A stretch of 64,000 nt of DNA from Eledone cirrhosa (lineage: Eukaryota). The stretch is taken from the NCBI GenBank assembly GCA_964016885.1, contig OZ024744.1, forward strand, positions 106,826,001-106,890,000, written 5' to 3'. Made by a program: the position numbers and the translations under genes. Of the stretch, positions 51,040 through 62,489 are shown piece after piece; positions within the stretch are counted from its first letter, which is position 1, and each line of letters opens with the position of its first letter. Below the pieces are notes generated by a model. The model was not told where the DNA came from. It saw only the letters and a program-made list of their open reading frames with translations, and did not search any database.

Positions 51040-52022
51040 AGTATCATGAACAGAGGCCACATATGACAATGACTATAGACATCCACTCCAGATATTGATC
51101 ATAGCCATCCACTCCAGATATTGATCATAGACAACCACTCCAGATATTGTGAACTGAGGCCACCTATGACAATGATCATAGACATCCACTCCAGATATTG
51201 TGAACTGAGGCCACCTATGACAATGACCATAGACATCCACTCCAGATATTGTGAACTGAGGCCACCTATGACAATGATCATAGACATCCACTCCAGATAT
51301 TGTGAATTGAGGCCACCTATGACAATGACCATAGACAACCACTCCAGATATTGTGAACTGAGGCCACCTATGACAATCACCATAGACATCCACTCCAGAT
51401 ATTGTGAACTGAGGCCACCTATGACAATGACCATAGACATCACATCCACTCCAGATATTGTGAACTGAGGCCACCTATGACAATGACCATAGACATCCAC
51501 TCCAGATATTGTGAACTGAGGCCACCTATGACAATGACCATAGACATCCACTCCAGATATTGTGAACTGAGGCCACCTATGACAATCACCATAGACATCC
51601 ACTCCAGATATTGTGAACTGAGGCCACCTATGACAATGACCATAGACATCCACTCCAGATATTGTGAACTGAGGCCACCTATGACAATCACCATAGACAT
51701 CCACTCCAGATATTGTGAACTGAGGCCACCTATGACAATCACCATAGACATCCACTCCAGATATTGTGAACTGAGGCCACCTATGACAATGACCATAGAC
51801 ATCCACTCCAGATATTGTGAACTGAGGCCACCTATGACAATCACCATAGACATCCACTCCAGATATTGTGAACTGAGGCCACCTATGACAATCACCATAG
51901 ACATCCACTCCAGATATTGTGAACTGAGGCCACCTATGACAATCACCATAGACATCCACTCCAGATATTGTGAACTGAGGCCACCTATGACAATCACCAT
52001 AGACATCCACTCCAGATATTGA
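51040..52022. repeat. Minisatellite, 51-bp unit, about 18 copies
   Basis: Unit gacatccactccagatattgtgaactgaggccacctatgacaatgaccata. Confidence 0.95.
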
Positions 52023-52544
52023 CAACCAGTCACAATTCCAATAGTAAACACCATATATCATCTCACATGAGATTATTGAGAGTTTAGACGTGAGACTGTC
52101 AGACAAAACCAGAAGAGATGTTAATGTTCTCTGTGTAAAACATGTCTCATCTGAAGACTAAACAATGTAAACCTCATCAGAGACTCTTGCTATCTGACCT
52201 GTTAAAAAAACACTTGTTTAGTAAAATGAGGCCTGGACAAATAGTTCACTTCACATCATGATGTCTTATTGGGTGGCATCATGGGTAAATGCTATTCTGA
52301 CTGAATCTGTCATTCAAAAGGTCGGCCTTGTCATACTGAAGCTCCTTGAAAATCATATTAAGAGTACACATCTGTGGAATATTCAGCCACTTCACATAAA
52401 TTTCTGAAGTAGGCTGTTCCACTGATCAAATAACTGGAACACTTATTGTGGAAATTGACAGAAGCCAAATGTTAGGATCAGATTGAAATTGGTCATAGAC
52501 TTGAAATGAAAGGGAAAGAATGTAAAAAATATAGTAATATTTAC

Positions 52545-52679
52545 CTGTACTGACAGGTAAAGCTAATGAATGGTCCATTTCAACACTAGTGATATTGTTG
52601 TCAGTTGGAAGAGAATTAAAACCAGAGGTTATAGTTACTTGAGCACACTGGCCATATAAATCTATCACAGCATAAAGAC
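52545..52679 (-). CDS. NEURL4: NEURL4 exon (end of NHR4 plus linker)
   Basis: GLYAVIDLYGQCAQVTIT NHR C-terminal motif. Acceptor ttctatag, donor gtaaat; phase 1/1 matches neighbours. Confidence 0.93.
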
Positions 52680-52918
52680 CTATAGAAAACAAAAAGTAAA
52701 CAACTCAGGAGACAGTACAGTACTAAATACTAATTAGAATAAATATGATTTAACTGTTAGATTTTACAGTTAACTAATAACACCGTGTAAGGATTTAGCA
52801 GGAAATATTTAAAAACTGTTTGTAAATGTTTATAGTATCATTACTAGTAGACAGATAGTTGTGAAAATTTGTGGTATAGAGTAAAGACTTTAATATTTAA
52901 TGTGATACAATCATAATA

Positions 52919-53104
52919 ATTGTTTCTACTTTAGGCACAAGGCCAGCAATTACCCAGTGCATTACTGGTACTTTATTTTATCGACCCCGTAAGGATGAAA
53001 GGCAAAGTCAACCTCGGCGGGATTTGAACTCAGATCGTAAAGGGACGTAACTATGCTGGAAAGCATGGCGTCCGACCCTCTACTGATACTGCCAATCCAC
53101 CGCC
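52919..53104 (-). mobile_element. tRNA-derived Nin-like SINE, full length
   Basis: ggcggtggattggcag...gagttcaaatcccgccgaggttgactttgcctttcatcc. Confidence 0.82.
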
Positions 53105-53617
53105 CTAACATGATACAATCATAATAATGTCTTGTTAATGAGGTTTCAAGTGGTACAGGATGTTAAGAGTTACGATGAGTAACTATTTTTTATTAAATTG
53201 ATCCCAGTAGTTAACCGATATATTATCTTATCAACCCAACATAGATAGGTGAAAGGGAAGGTCGACATCAGCAACATTTGAACACAGAAGAGCCAGAACA
53301 AAATATACTGCAAAGAACCTTGTCCATTACTCTAATGACTGGTAATTCTATAACCCTTGTTTGCTATGAAACAGTGACGTATAAAATATTTATTTCACAT
53401 CTCACAACTGGTTTAATTAGAATGAGGTAACAGCAGTGTTTGTGGACTGCGTGTGTATGTGTATATACAAGTATATATCACCCATTGTTTATTGGTCGAA
53501 ATAAGTAATATTCAGTATCTTCATCAAACTGTAACAAAGCTCTGCAAGTACAGCTACATATATACATATATACATATATACATATATATATATATAGCTG
53601 TATACATATATATCTAT

Positions 53618-53944
53618 GGAGGCACGTGGCTTAGTGGTTAGAGCATTGCCCTTGCAATTGAAAGGTTGTGAGTTCAATTCTCAGACCAGGCGATGTGTTG
53701 TTTCCTTGAGCAAGACACTTTATTTCAAATTGCTCCAGTTTACTCAGCTGTAGAAATGAGATGATAGGACTGGGGTCCCTATCATTCCATTGCAAAGTGG
53801 TCGTGGAGGTGCCATGGCAAAAAAGCACCCAGCACTCACTGTAAATGAGGTTGGTGTTAGGAAGGGCATCCAGCTGTAGAAATCAAGCCAGAATCAGTTC
53901 CCGTCCCACCCTTGCAAGCAGGGAAAAAGTGGACGTAAAATGAA
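53618..53944 (+). mobile_element. tRNA-derived SINE, same family as 15300
   Basis: ggaggcacgtggcttagtgg head; body near-identical to 49102. Confidence 0.85.
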
Positions 53945-54967
53945 TACATATATATATATATATATATGTGTGTGTATATATATTTGTCTTCATCATCATC
54001 ATCATCATCATCAGGTTTAGCGTCCGTGTTCCACGCTTGCATGGGTTTGGACGGGGGTTTTCCCACTTGAGGCAAGAGTGGTTGTCTTGCTCGCATAGGA
54101 CTGTCTGGCGGGTTTTCTACAGCTGGATGCCCTTCCTAACACCAACCACATTTACAGTGTGGGGCTGGGAGGTTTTTACCGTGTTGCCTACACGGCCACA
54201 TTTACAGCGTGGACTGTGTGTTTTTTTGTCGTGACACCTACACAATCTCATTTGTTTCGGCCTTGTCTTGTCTTATTATATATATGTATATATATATATA
54301 TATCCGTCCAGACCCATGCTAACGTGGAAGATGGACGTTAAACGATGATGATGATGATATATATACACATATATATATAAAAAAAGAGAAAATTAAAAAA
54401 AGAAAATGTTCACTCTACATGGCTGAATACAATAAATATAATCTGAGTTTTTCGAATATTAATAATAACATTCAATTCGTTTGCAATTATGCAAACAAGC
54501 CTCAATTTTATAGCCATGTCAGTAGAATGAACCCTTCATTCTTGCTCTTGTGTTGGCATGCGAACAGAACTGCAGACACTAATGTTTCTGGATATCACCC
54601 TTCATCAGTAGAGCTCACTGTTCACCTGCCAAATGTCAGAGCTAGTGAAAATATATGCTAATTTCAAAAATATACAGTGACTGAATATTATTATTAATAT
54701 TCGAAAAACTCAGATTACATTTATTGTATTCAGCCATGAAGAGCGATCAGCTTTTTGTTAATTATTTGAATATGGCAAAACTGGCCATTAATCGCTCGTA
54801 TACATGAAACTGACTGGCCTATCTGCTGATATGCAGATCTGATTGATCAGTGGGTCTACTAATATACAGATATGACTGATCAGCCAGTCTGCTAATATAC
54901 AAATCAGGCCAATCAGTCACTGTATATTTCAGAAAATATATATTTTCACTAGCAGGTGAACAGTAAA

Positions 54968-55011
54968 CTGCACTGATGAAGGGCGATACCCAGAAACATT
55001 AGTGTCTGTAG
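54968..55011 (+). ncRNA. Type I hammerhead ribozyme motif (GUC triplet)
   Basis: CTGCA-CTGATGA-A GGG cgata CCC A-GAA-ACA ttag TGT-C-TGTAG; diverged inverted copy at about 54570-54613. Confidence 0.72.
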
Positions 55012-55315
55012 CTTTGTTAATAAAGAAATTTTTAAACATCTACACCAAACTCCACATTTTCCTTATTCTACATATACTCCGTCACTGAATGACAAATTAT
55101 ATTTGGAAGAAATACATGATGTTGAGTGCTTAAACTAAACTGCATCATTATTCACTGATTGGTGTGTTGTATACACAACCTCGATATTAGTCAACATGTT
55201 TACCATAAGTATATATAAACACACACATATATGTGCGTGTTTATATATGTATACACACAAACACATAATGATGACTCATTAATTTACAACAAGATCGTTT
55301 GCGATATTAACATAC

Positions 55316-55485
55316 CTGAAGGTAAATCTCTGCACACAACACCTTGATCTACTCCATTCAAATAATAATGTAAATTTCCTTCCAATGTACGCATCATTCC
55401 AATCCGGGATCCAACGGAGACACAATCCAGATCAAGAGGATAACCATTACGTATGGTGGTTCCATCCTGCATGATGGCAGAACCA
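55316..55485 (-). CDS. NEURL4: NEURL4 exon (first in window; C-terminal half of NHR4)
   Basis: Translates [48 protein letters not shown], matching the NHR repeat of NEURL4 as I recall it. Acceptor tttttgccag, donor gtatgt. Confidence 0.93.
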
Positions 55486-55658
55486 CTGGCAAAAAAAAAT
55501 ATATATATATTAAAGATTATTAAATAAAGAAATATTTATAAATTTATTTCTACATGGAGCCATAGAAATCCTGCTAAAATATGGAACATTTAAGCAAAAT
55601 GAAGTTCTGTGATCTGTCTAGTGTTAGACCATGACAACCCACCAAAGCATTCACTGCT

Positions 55659-55990
55659 TGACAACATTACATAAATAGTAACACAGATATGATGATCCTA
55701 GCTAGGCTAGTGTAAAACTGATGATGACAACATTACATAAATAATAACACAGATATCATGATCCTAGCTAGGCTAGTGTAAAGCTGATGATGACAACATT
55801 ACATAAATAGTAACACAGATATCATGATCCTAGCTAGGCTAGTGTAAAACTGATGATGACAACATTACATAAATAGTAACACAGATATCATGATCCTAGC
55901 TAGGCTAGTATAAAGCTGGTGATGACAACATGACATAAATAATAAAACAGATATCATGAGCCTAGCTAGGCTAGTGTAAAGCTGGTGATA
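55659..55990. repeat. Tandem repeat, 66-bp unit, about 5 copies
   Basis: acaacattacataaatagtaacacagatatcatgatcctagctaggctagtgtaaaactgatgatg. Confidence 0.9.
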
Positions 55991-57039
55991 GACGTAGGAC
56001 AGATGTCATATGAGTCAGAGAACAAAAAGAAAATACAAATAAAAGAAGATATTCAATACAATAGGTAGGGGGAAATATATACTGTCTTTCAGTAATTTTA
56101 CTCCATCACATCCACCTTGATTAAAATTTTCTTAGGACACAAAACTTCAAGCTAAACTTCAACAGTATCAGTGTCACTAATTTACACATTTTTTATATTT
56201 AAGAATGTAAGTATGACACATATACATGTGTTTCTCCCACACATTCTCTCAGCTTCCATTAAAAAACTGTACTGTCTGTACAGATATGAATATACAGTAG
56301 ACTTCAGCTGTTTTGTGTACTATTAATATATAATTAAATTAACTATCACCCTAAGCTCTGAAATTATGCACATTATGACAGATTTAGACAGATTCTGAAG
56401 AAGGTCTCAACAAAAATTGAAACAAGTCATTTTTTCCTATTTATTCAGAAATGTATAAATAAGACAGGTTTACTTGTTTAAATATGTTTACGCACCTATC
56501 TCTGACAGCTTCAGTTTGAAGACTACTGTACTGTCCATCGGTCACAGCTTCAGCTTAAAGACTACTGTACTGTCCATCGGTCACAGCTTGAGTTTAAAGA
56601 CATTATATATATTTTTTTTTGTTTTTTAACACTAGAAAAATAGCACTGTGAGAGCAATGTAGAAAAAACCCTGTTAGTTTTCGTATTTTGAGCTCTCACC
56701 AAACCAATGAATTGTTTTGTAAGGTCCTCCATCCCGCCTCAGACACATTCTGCTTCTATTTAATAGTTTTTTTAATTTATTTCTCCGATGATGGAAAAGT
56801 GCAAAAATCTCCTTATATATCAATACTTATGTATAGATCTTGATTATACGAATTTTCACCTAACTTTATTCGAATAATTTGATATACAACTCTCTTGAAA
56901 CACGTGTAAGGAATTAAAAAGGATTTAAAAGATAATTTTTCCATCTATATACTTGATTATATTTATCACATGTACATGTGTGTACTATAGATACACATAT
57001 TTATAAACACACACACACATATATAAATATATATATAAT

Positions 57040-57372
57040 ATATTAATAAATAGAAACTATATTTATAAAACCATATTTATTTTATTATATATATTTCAAG
57101 GGTGACCAAGGTAAATTATGGTGCGCTTTCATCAGATAAAATACAGATTTGTTTTATAAATAAATATTGACATACCCGGAAAAAAGACAACCTCAACAGT
57201 TCAAATTTCAACCGTTAAGGGTGTCTTTTTTCTGGGTATGTCAATATTTATTTATAAAACAAATCTGTATTTTATCTGATGAAAGCGCACCATAATTTAC
57301 CTTGGTCGCCCTTGAAATATATATAATAAAATAAATATGGTTTTATAAATATAGTTTCTATTTATTAATATA
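57040..57372. repeat. Fold-back palindrome (about 160-bp arms) with a hammerhead on each strand
   Basis: Minus-strand motif at 57078-57143 and plus-strand motif at 57268-57333; further related copies at about 57495-57587 and 57795-57945. Confidence 0.9.
57268..57333 (+). ncRNA. Type I hammerhead motif with extended stem II
   Basis: TATTTTAT-CTGATGA-AAGCGCACCA..TGGTCGCCCTT-GAA-ATATATAT-A-ATAAAATA. Confidence 0.68.
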
Positions 57373-57839
57373 TTGTGTATTTACTCCACAAATCTGTTGA
57401 GTGCTTTATATCAGTTATAAACATTTTTAAGCTTGTTGAATCCCAACAAATTAAATATAACCTCTGCACATAAATATATATATATATATTTACGATATAT
57501 TAACAAAAGGAAACTATATTTATAAAACCATATTTATTTCATTATACATATTTCAAGGACACCAAGTCAAATTATGGTGCGCTTTCTCTTTCTTTTGTTT
57601 TCTTCTTTTCCTCTTAGAGTTTGCTCTTTCTTTTCTCTTTTTCTTTCTCTTTTCCTTTTTTCTTTTTCCATACTCTAACGGCCTATTTTAAATCTACTAT
57701 AATTTAAACATATCCAACACTAATTTGCATAATAGACTAAATAAATTTAATAACCCCACTATCCGGGAGCTTCCAACAGTAATGGTTGCATTCTTTAAGG
57801 GTATGTCAATATTTATTTATAAAACTGATCTATATTACA

Positions 57840-57900
57840 TTTTGTCTGATGAAAGCACACCATAATTTAACTTGGTGTCCTTGAAATATGTATAATGAAA
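57840..57900 (+). ncRNA. Type I hammerhead motif (paralogue of 57268)
   Basis: TTTTGT-CTGATGA-AAGCACACCA..TGGTGTCCTT-GAA-ATATGTAT-A-ATGAAA. Confidence 0.62.
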
Positions 57901-58076
57901 TAAATATGGTTTTATAAATATAGTTTCCATTTGTTAATATCGTATATATATATATATACATATGACTCCAGTTCCCCAGTGAATTAACAACCCAACAAGG
58001 AACTGGGCATATCAGAGTATTGACAATATCATACACCTAAACAACATATGTACTTGTCTATACCATACTAATTCAA

Positions 58077-58131
58077 ACTGCCTGAAGAGGTCACAGCCAA
58101 AGATGGCTGTCACTGAAATATATATAGCAGT
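58077..58131 (+). ncRNA. Type I hammerhead ribozyme motif
   Basis: ACTGC-CTGAAGA-GG tc ACAGCC aaagat GGCTGT ca CT-GAA-ATATATAT-A-GCAGT, then aataaa. Confidence 0.72.
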
Positions 58132-58333
58132 AATAAACGAAGCTAAATTTTAATCATTTGACTTTTATTTAACTTTATTTTATATATATATATATGTATG
58201 TGTGTATGTGTGTGTATAATAATAATTGTTTCTACTTTTGGCACAAGGCCAGCAATTATTCCAGTACATTACTGGTACTTTATTTTATCGACCTCGTAAG
58301 GATGAAAGGCAAAGTTAACCTCGACGGGATTTG

Positions 58334-61300
58334 TATAATAATAATGCTTTCTTTATTAACCACAAGGGTTGACACAAAGTAGACATTAAGGACAGTACAG
58401 GACAATACAGGACAATACAAATGGGCATTTCTGCGTGTAAAAAAAACAAAAAAACAGAGTATGTGACAAAAAAGAAAACAATGAAAAGTTCCCCAATAGG
58501 GCGGAGACCTCCGAGGGTTGCTAGTGAAGAAAGCCCACAAGAAAAGCCACGGTTACTCTGACCGCTAGGGCAAATGCCCTCTTCCAGTTTTACTCCTATA
58601 ACGCTACAGGCACACACTCAGGGTAGACCCATTCACACGAGCCATTCTTGCCTCTCTCACCCACCTTTCAACAAACTGGCTGGAGGTCAGCACTTCCCTC
58701 TCCACCCTGATTTTCCTTTTCAGGTGAAACCTGAAAAAGTTAATGAGGGCGTCACCGAAGAGGAAAATACCTGTCTTCAACCCTTTCAGACGTGTCCACC
58801 ATACAATCTCTTTTACCATGGCCACCAGGCAGATAAAAACTGCCTGCTCTTCCCGGCTAAAGGAAGGTGGCGGGACAATTCTCATGATGGACTCAGCTGG
58901 TAGCTGGATCCGTTCTACATGTAACAGCAGGTGTTCGACATAAACCCACAAATCAGCAATGCTCGGACACTGGACAAGTGCGTGCGGGACAGTTTCATCG
59001 CCCTGCGCGCATCTCGGACAGGCCTGTCTGGCGGAACTTCCATGCCTGTAGAGTTTATCCCGAACTGGCAAGGCTCCTCGGTAGGACTGCCAGGCCAGGG
59101 ATTTCTGGAAGTTGTCCTTGGGCCCTGGCCAGAAAGTTCTCACGAAGACATTGGCTAGTTGGCTTTCATCGATGCCTAGAGTTTCCCCAAGGACGGTGTT
59201 GCTCTTTCCCTCCACTAACCCTCTATAGAACGCCAAGGTGGAGTTTCCAGCGATTGTATTGCTCGACTGGTCGAGGGCTGTAAGCGCCTGAAGAAATTCC
59301 AGTCTCCAAGCGCTTCCTCTCGGTCTTCGCTTGACCCAGGACTGCAGCTACGCCAAGGCGACAAGCTGGGGAAACATTTGTCTAGCAAAGGGTGACCACA
59401 CCTGATCCCTGTCCAGGAAGAGGTGGAGATGACGTAGCCTGAGCGCATCATCAGCCACGGCATGCCCAGCACTCCGTGTAGCAGATGTTGACAGCAGATG
59501 GACTGGCTGACCATCGGAGCATGTCCCTTCCATAAAAAGTGAAAGAGCAAACGCTCCAGTGCAGTTAAGGAGGCTTAGGACGAGGCACGATGGTCAGGCG
59601 GTAGTAGATGACGGACGTAATGTACACATTCGCCACCTCCGCTCGACCTTTCAGGGATAGCTTTCTCTCGGCCCATTTCAGGGTGAGCGAAGCCACCCTG
59701 CACATGACCTCCTCCCAGTTTTTGTCTGTCTGGAGGTCTGGACTGAACCAGACCCCTAGCAATTTAACCAGTCCGTCTGTCCAGTGCCTGACGACGCTGT
59801 TGGACGGCATGGACCTGCCTCTCCAGGTGCCGAGTTGCAGGTCTACTGATTTTTCCTGGTTGATCATTGCTCCTGACACTACCTCGTATTCTCTTACTTT
59901 GGTCCCGAAGGCCTCGATGTGTTTGGTGTTCGAGACCACTACGGTGACGTCGTCTGCATATGCTGACACAGTTCTTCTGCATCTTAGTTTGCGTCGGATC
60001 CCCCTCAACATCTCCAGTCTGTGCAGTAATGGCTCGAGAGTCAATACGTACAGCAAGGACGAGAGAGGGCATCCTTAGCGGACCGAGCGCATGATGTTGA
60101 ACGGTTTTGAAAGGTGACCGTTCACTCTCACTACAGAACAGATGCCACTGTGCATGGCAGCAATCCAGCCTCTGAAGACAGGCCCAAAGCCAGCTACTCT
60201 TAGGACTGCCACTAGATAACGATGATCGACCCTATCGAAAGCTTTTGACTGATCTAAATTGATCAAGGACCCATCCGTGCCAGGTTCCCTAGCTACCCTC
60301 TCTACGATGTATCGCATGAGGTGGAGGTTGACGTGGATGGATCTGTCTGGAATGGCGCATGTTCGCCCCTCTCCCACCAGACTACCAGACAAGCGCCAAC
60401 CTCTTTGCTAGCACCTTAGTCAATGTCTGTGTTTAGCAGAGTTATGGACCTGAAATTATATGTTATGCCCCTTGTTCGAATCCTTTCTCAGCAGCGCCAC
60501 CGTTCCTCGGCTCACAGAGCTAGGAATTCTCCCATTCTGCTGCCAGTTGCAGTAGACATCCGCCAAGAGGTCTTCGAACAAGTCTGGCATATGTATGTAA
60601 AATTCGTAGGGCAGACCATCCAAACCAGGCGATTTACCCATTGTCTCCCGTACTTCAGCAGCTGTTATCGGCCTTTCGTAACACTCCGCCTCAGTGGCCA
60701 GGAGCCGCGGCAGTCCGTCGAGGTAGGCACTGAGGTCCATTCCATGAGGCGGCGTGCCACTGCCCCAAACAGTTGAGCAAAGTGCTGCTGAAAAGCTGCA
60801 CACATCTGCCCGGGATCGAGTATCATGTGCCCATCGTGGTCCTCCAAAGACCGGATTGTGTCTTTGTTGCCAGGACATGCCTCCGCCACTCGAGCCCATT
60901 GAACGGCTTTTGTCCCCTTGTGTCTGAGAGCACGCACCCTAGCTCTGACAACGCAGCCTTCGTGCTTAGCGTTGAAAAGTTAGTTGAGGGCCAATTTCGC
61001 CGCAAGCACGTTGGTCGCGATGCCTTTACTAAGCGCCTCGTCTAATTTGCTAACTAGATTTCCTTCTGCTCTAATTTTCTCTGTTACTAGCGCTTTACTA
61101 AACCTAATGGACTCTATTCTAATCGCTCTTTTCAGAGCAAACCACCATTTGTTGATGACGATGGCACCCGTCATCTAATTCACTAATCCGGTCTCTGTAA
61201 GCTTTGCATGCTGTTAACAACACGTTTAGTTTCCAGTAGCCAGGTCCCCGTCTATGAAGCCTATCTAAGTCAACCACACAGATCACGAACTTGTGGTCCG

Positions 61301-61597
61301 TGTAGCCAACTATCTTGAATTGTGGACAGCCTATGTTAGACCTATCTATTTCCCTACAAAATACTCTATCTAGATATGATCTGGATGAACCGATGTGGTT
61401 TGTCCAAGTCCACATTGGCACATTCGGGAAATCCAATTGGTACCTGCCAGACAGTTAAAAACGTCTGAGTAGGTTTGTGAGGCTTTTACACCCTCCGCCC
61501 CTCTGCTAATCCCACACAGTCCCAGCGTGCATCTAAGATCCCATTCCAGTCGCCAACTAACACTAAAGAGCGGGACGTTCCAAGAAAGGTCTCCAGG
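58334..61597 (-). mobile_element. L1/Tx1-clade LINE ORF2 pseudogene, 5'-truncated
   Basis: APE tail (SYLDRVF..TDHK..GPGYWKLN), GKSPGLDGLPYEFY, DQSKAFDRVDH, AYADDV, zf-RVT (WQSYRGALPVRDKL..CPRC..ETVPHALVQC). Multiple frameshifts; (tta)n tail abutting a truncated SINE at 58225-58333. Confidence 0.9.
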
Positions 61598-62178
61598 AAA
61601 TTTCTATACATATCTGTATACAGCTATGCATGAAGCTAAATCCTATTTCTATTCTATTATAAGTTGAGCCAACTTATGCAGCTTCATATACAAATGAGAT
61701 TAATCACCTCATTTACATAGACAAGAAAACCATATATTCTCGCCTGTTTTCACGTCCACCAGTCATTAGAGGGGGTGAAATTGTCCTGATGAGAGCCAGT
61801 TAAGTTCAAAATGCATCAACGATTGTCCCCCTTCCTTCTGCTGGACACCACCAGAGGGCGATAGCCCAAGTGTTTTGCATAGCTACAGCATTCTAAATGT
61901 TTATCTATAAACATACCGTATTTCTTTAGAAATACGAAATTTCAACACACACATATATGAACATTCCAAAACCCTACGAAATTAAATATTATTGTGCCAA
62001 GTAATCTCAGTGGAAAGAAGACCATAAAAAACATGGGCAGAGGTGGTGATAGTCAACCTCAGATCGCTCAAGCTCACAGAGGAGATGACGAAGGACCATG
62101 TTAAATGGAGAGAGGCTGTGTTGAAAAGGACCCGACCCACACTTGCAAGCATGGAAAAGTAGATGTAAAATGTTGATG

Positions 62179-62247
<69 letters not shown>

Positions 62248-62421
62248 TATATATATGTATTTATTAAAATAACAGATTAAAGTTTAAGCAAAGAATCGCT
62301 GCTTTCACCCTTAACGGGATCTTCTGAAACTCTATTTGCTCTAGGGTTCTTATATATTTGATATATATTTATCCTTATCGAGCCCTCTTTGGATTTTAGT
62401 CTTCACATTTATTATTATTAC

Positions 62422-62489
<68 letters not shown>

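Noticed and set aside
51073-52106. ORFs in the 51-bp array
   Set aside because: The unit length is a multiple of 3 and stop-free by chance; no splice context.
55659-55990. CTGATGA in the 66-bp repeat
   Set aside because: No GAAA core or supporting stems follow.
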